A DNA stretch of 64,000 bases from Terricaulis sp. Lineage in GTDB: Bacteria > Pseudomonadota > Alphaproteobacteria > Caulobacterales > Aquidulcibacteraceae. The notes under the pieces are model-generated. The model worked only from the letters and a program-made list of their open reading frames with translations. It had not been told where the DNA came from and did not search any database. Positions 61,629 through 64,000 of this stretch are shown here, piece by piece. The stretch is from positions 235,379 to 299,378 of the forward strand of contig JBBCFZ010000009.1 of NCBI GenBank assembly GCA_037200505.1, in the 5' to 3' direction. A program made the position numbers and the translations under genes. The stretch's first letter is position 1. Each line of letters begins with the position of its first letter.

Positions 61629-63569
61629 ATGGCGCGAGCCAAGTCCGTGGCGCGGTGGGGCGGGGTTGTGCTCATCGTTGTGCTCGTGCTCCTCGGGGCT
61701 GGCGCCGGCGCGGTCTATTATTTGGTGTCGCGGCTCGATATGCGCGCGGAGATCGAGCGGGCGGTCGAGCAGGCCACGGGCCGTGACCTCACCATCGCCG
61801 GGTCGGTCGGCGTCAGCTTTTATCCGGTGCTGGGGCTTGAGGCGCATGACGCTTCGCTCGCCAATGTGGAAGGCGGACGCGCGGACGCGCTCGCGGCGAT
61901 GGACGCGATCAAGATAGGCGTGGAGATCGTGCCGCTGTTCCAGCGCAATGTCGTCGTGCGGCAATTGGTGCTGGAGCATCCGCGCATCGCGCTTGAGATT
62001 GATACAGAGGGCCGCACCAATTGGGTGCTTCGCCCAGCCGCCGCGCCCGCCCCGCCAAGCGCGCCGCGACCGGACGTCACGCCGAACAGATTCAGTCTGC
62101 GCGTGGTCGCGATTCATGATGGCGAAGTGAGCTTCTACGATGCGCGGCGCGGCATGGGCTGGGCAGTGCGCGACGCGGATTTGGACACCGCGCTCACCAG
62201 TCTCGATGAACCGCTGCGGCTCCGGGGCAGTGTCGCTTATCACGATCAGCCGATCACGCTGGATATCGGTATCGCCGATCCGCGCGGTGCGTTTTCAGGC
62301 AGCGGCACGCCGCTGACCGTGAGTGTCGAGAGCGCATTGCTGAATGCCGCGTTCGAGGGCAACAGCGTCTTCTCCTCCGCCGAGATGACGGGCCAGGCGC
62401 GCGCATCCGGGCCGAGCTTGCGCAATTTCGCGGCGTGGGCGGGCTCCCCGATCAGCGGCGGCGTGGGGCTGGAGCGCTTTGCGGTGTCGGGCATCGTGAC
62501 TTTGGGCGGCGGGCGTTTTGCCTTCAACGATGCGGGCTTTACGCTCGATCAAATCCGCGGGCGGGGCGATTTTGAGATTATGCAGCGCCACGGCAAGCCC
62601 TATGTCAGCGGGCGGCTCGAACTCTTCGACTTCGACTTAAACCCCTATCTTACGGGCGTCGCGCCGCCGCAGGATGCGCTTGAACCGGGCGGCGCCAATG
62701 CGCCAGCCGGTGCGGCGGGCGAAGCGCAGACGCGCGCGGAGATCGCGACGGTGGAAGCGGCGCCGCGCACGGTCGACATCACCGAAGCGCCGCGCGAAAC
62801 GCCGCTGGATCTTTCGGGGCTCCGCTCGATCAATGCGGACTTGGAGATCACCACGGCGAAGTTTCTGTTTCAGCACATGCAGATCGATCATGCCCTGATC
62901 AGCCTTGTGCTGAACGACGGTTATCTCGCCTCCACCTTGCATGAGCTCAATCTCTATGGCGGCACGGGCCATGGGCGGATCGAACTCGATGCGCGCGAGG
63001 ACGTGCTGAAGGCCGAGCAGGATATCGCGCTGCAGGGCGTGGATGCGGCGCGCTTTCTCACGGATGCGGCCAATGTCTCGAATATTGAAGGCACGGCGGA
63101 GCTGACGTTTCGCCTGAGCACGCAAGGGCGCAGCCAGAGTGAATTGATCGCCGGCGCGGACGGTACGGCGCATTTGGAGGTGGTGACGGGCGCGCTGCGC
63201 GGCGTCGATCTCGGCGGCGTGGCGCGCACGATCCGCAATGCGTTGAGCGGGGACCTCATTGCGCCGCAGGCGCGGACGCCCTTCCAAGGCTTCAGCGCGA
63301 CGTTCACGATAGGCGATGGCGTTCTGGCGAGCCGCAATCTCAGCTTCAACACGCCTGACCTCACTATGCCGGGTATCGGCGTGATTGACCTTCCGGCGCG
63401 GCGGCTTGATGTGCGCCTTGCGCCACGTTCGCCGCGCGGCGGCGGGATCGTGATTCCGTTTGCGGTGACGGGGCCCTTCGGGGATTTCGACTACGCGTCC
63501 GATATTCGCGACCGCGCCAAGCGTCAGATTGAAGCGCGCATCGTGCAGGTGCAGGCGGCGGCGCGCTGA
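61629..63569 (+). CDS. asmA: AsmA family protein
   Basis: N-terminal TM, VEQATGRDLTIAG.V.VSFYP, LYGG.G.G, TPF..FSATF.I..GV. Confidence 0.85.
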   Translation: MARAKSVARWGGVVLIVVLVLLGAGAGAVYYLVSRLDMRAEIERAVEQATGRDLTIAGSVGVSFYPVLGLEAHDASLANVEGGRADALAAMDAIKIGVEIVPLFQRNVVVRQLVLEHPRIALEIDTEGRTNWVLRPAAAPAPPSAPRPDVTPNRFSLRVVAIHDGEVSFYDARRGMGWAVRDADLDTALTSLDEPLRLRGSVAYHDQPITLDIGIADPRGAFSGSGTPLTVSVESALLNAAFEGNSVFSSAEMTGQARASGPSLRNFAAWAGSPISGGVGLERFAVSGIVTLGGGRFAFNDAGFTLDQIRGRGDFEIMQRHGKPYVSGRLELFDFDLNPYLTGVAPPQDALEPGGANAPAGAAGEAQTRAEIATVEAAPRTVDITEAPRETPLDLSGLRSINADLEITTAKFLFQHMQIDHALISLVLNDGYLASTLHELNLYGGTGHGRIELDAREDVLKAEQDIALQGVDAARFLTDAANVSNIEGTAELTFRLSTQGRSQSELIAGADGTAHLEVVTGALRGVDLGGVARTIRNALSGDLIAPQARTPFQGFSATFTIGDGVLASRNLSFNTPDLTMPGIGVIDLPARRLDVRLAPRSPRGGGIVIPFAVTGPFGDFDYASDIRDRAKRQIEARIVQVQAAAR

Positions 63570-64000
63570 TGTTGGTTCGGGCGTTCGCGGCGGTGCTGGT
63601 TCTGCTGACGGCGGCATGCGCGTCGTCCGATCCGTCCTTGGTGCCGACGGCGCAGGGTCCTCTTCGCGGCGAAGTGCGCGCGGATGGCTCGGTGTTGTTT
63701 CGCGGCGTGCCGTTCGCCGCGCCGCCGGTGGGCGATTTGCGCTGGCGCGCGCCAGCGCCGCCCGCCGCTTGGGACGGTGAGCGCGATGCGACGCACGTTG
63801 CGCCGGCCTGTGCGCAGAATTCTTATGGTTGGAACGCTGAGGCTGCCGCGTCGGGCAGCGAGGATTGTCTTTATTTGGAAGTGCGCAGACCCGGCGCGAG
63901 CGCTGGCGTGCGCTTGCCGGTGATGGTGTGGATCCATGGCGGCAGCAATCGCGCGGGCTCGGGCGCGGGCAAAGTGCTGTCCTCGATGGTGGACCGCGGC
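63569..64000 (+). CDS. Carboxylesterase type B family lipoprotein (3' truncated by window)
   Basis: Manual translation: MLVRAFAAVLVLLTAAC...FRGVPFAAPPVGDLRWRAP...SEDCLYLEV...LPVMVWIHGG. Confidence 0.9.
   Translation, partial: MLVRAFAAVLVLLTAACASSDPSLVPTAQGPLRGEVRADGSVLFRGVPFAAPPVGDLRWRAPAPPAAWDGERDATHVAPACAQNSYGWNAEAAASGSEDCLYLEVRRPGASAGVRLPVMVWIHGGSNRAGSGAGKVLSSMVDRG

Overview
High-GC alphaproteobacterial chromosome segment. Gene order and content (FlaEY-like gene, popZ, FtsN- and DipM-like genes, UrcA paralogues) point to Caulobacterales/Hyphomonadaceae; this placement is inferred. Most of the window is core housekeeping: cysI-DUF934-cysH; tRNA-Thr-murA-hisD-infA-maf-RNase E/G-yacG; xth; erpA; dgt-ftsN-nagZ-scpAB-tatABC-serS-surE-pcm-dipM; yajC-secDF; trmFO; gltX; tRNA-Asn; tRNA-Cys; popZ-valS; ilvD; cobW; asmA. 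About 25 genes between ~16.2 and ~51 kb, including essential ones, carry small frameshifts that most likely reflect long-read assembly errors. I saw no transposase, integrase, prophage or CRISPR array. The most notable items are: (1) a ~360-nt candidate structured ncRNA between tatC and serS, closed by a terminal stem; (2) at least four families of short palindromic non-autonomous repeats, with two copies translated in frame inside proteins, one supplying a stop codon and one supplying the -35 box of a sigma-EcfG-type promoter; (3) a 1477-aa FlaEY-like protein expanded by flagellin/FliD-like modules; (4) a small protein with a Cle-type c-di-GMP-binding motif but no receiver domain; (5) a lower-GC ORF resembling a Bell-domain/RHIM-like amyloid effector; (6) a ~70-aa insertion in SerRS; (7) a candidate CtrA-driven sRNA beside tRNA-Asn. 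All family assignments come from motif recognition, not database searches.
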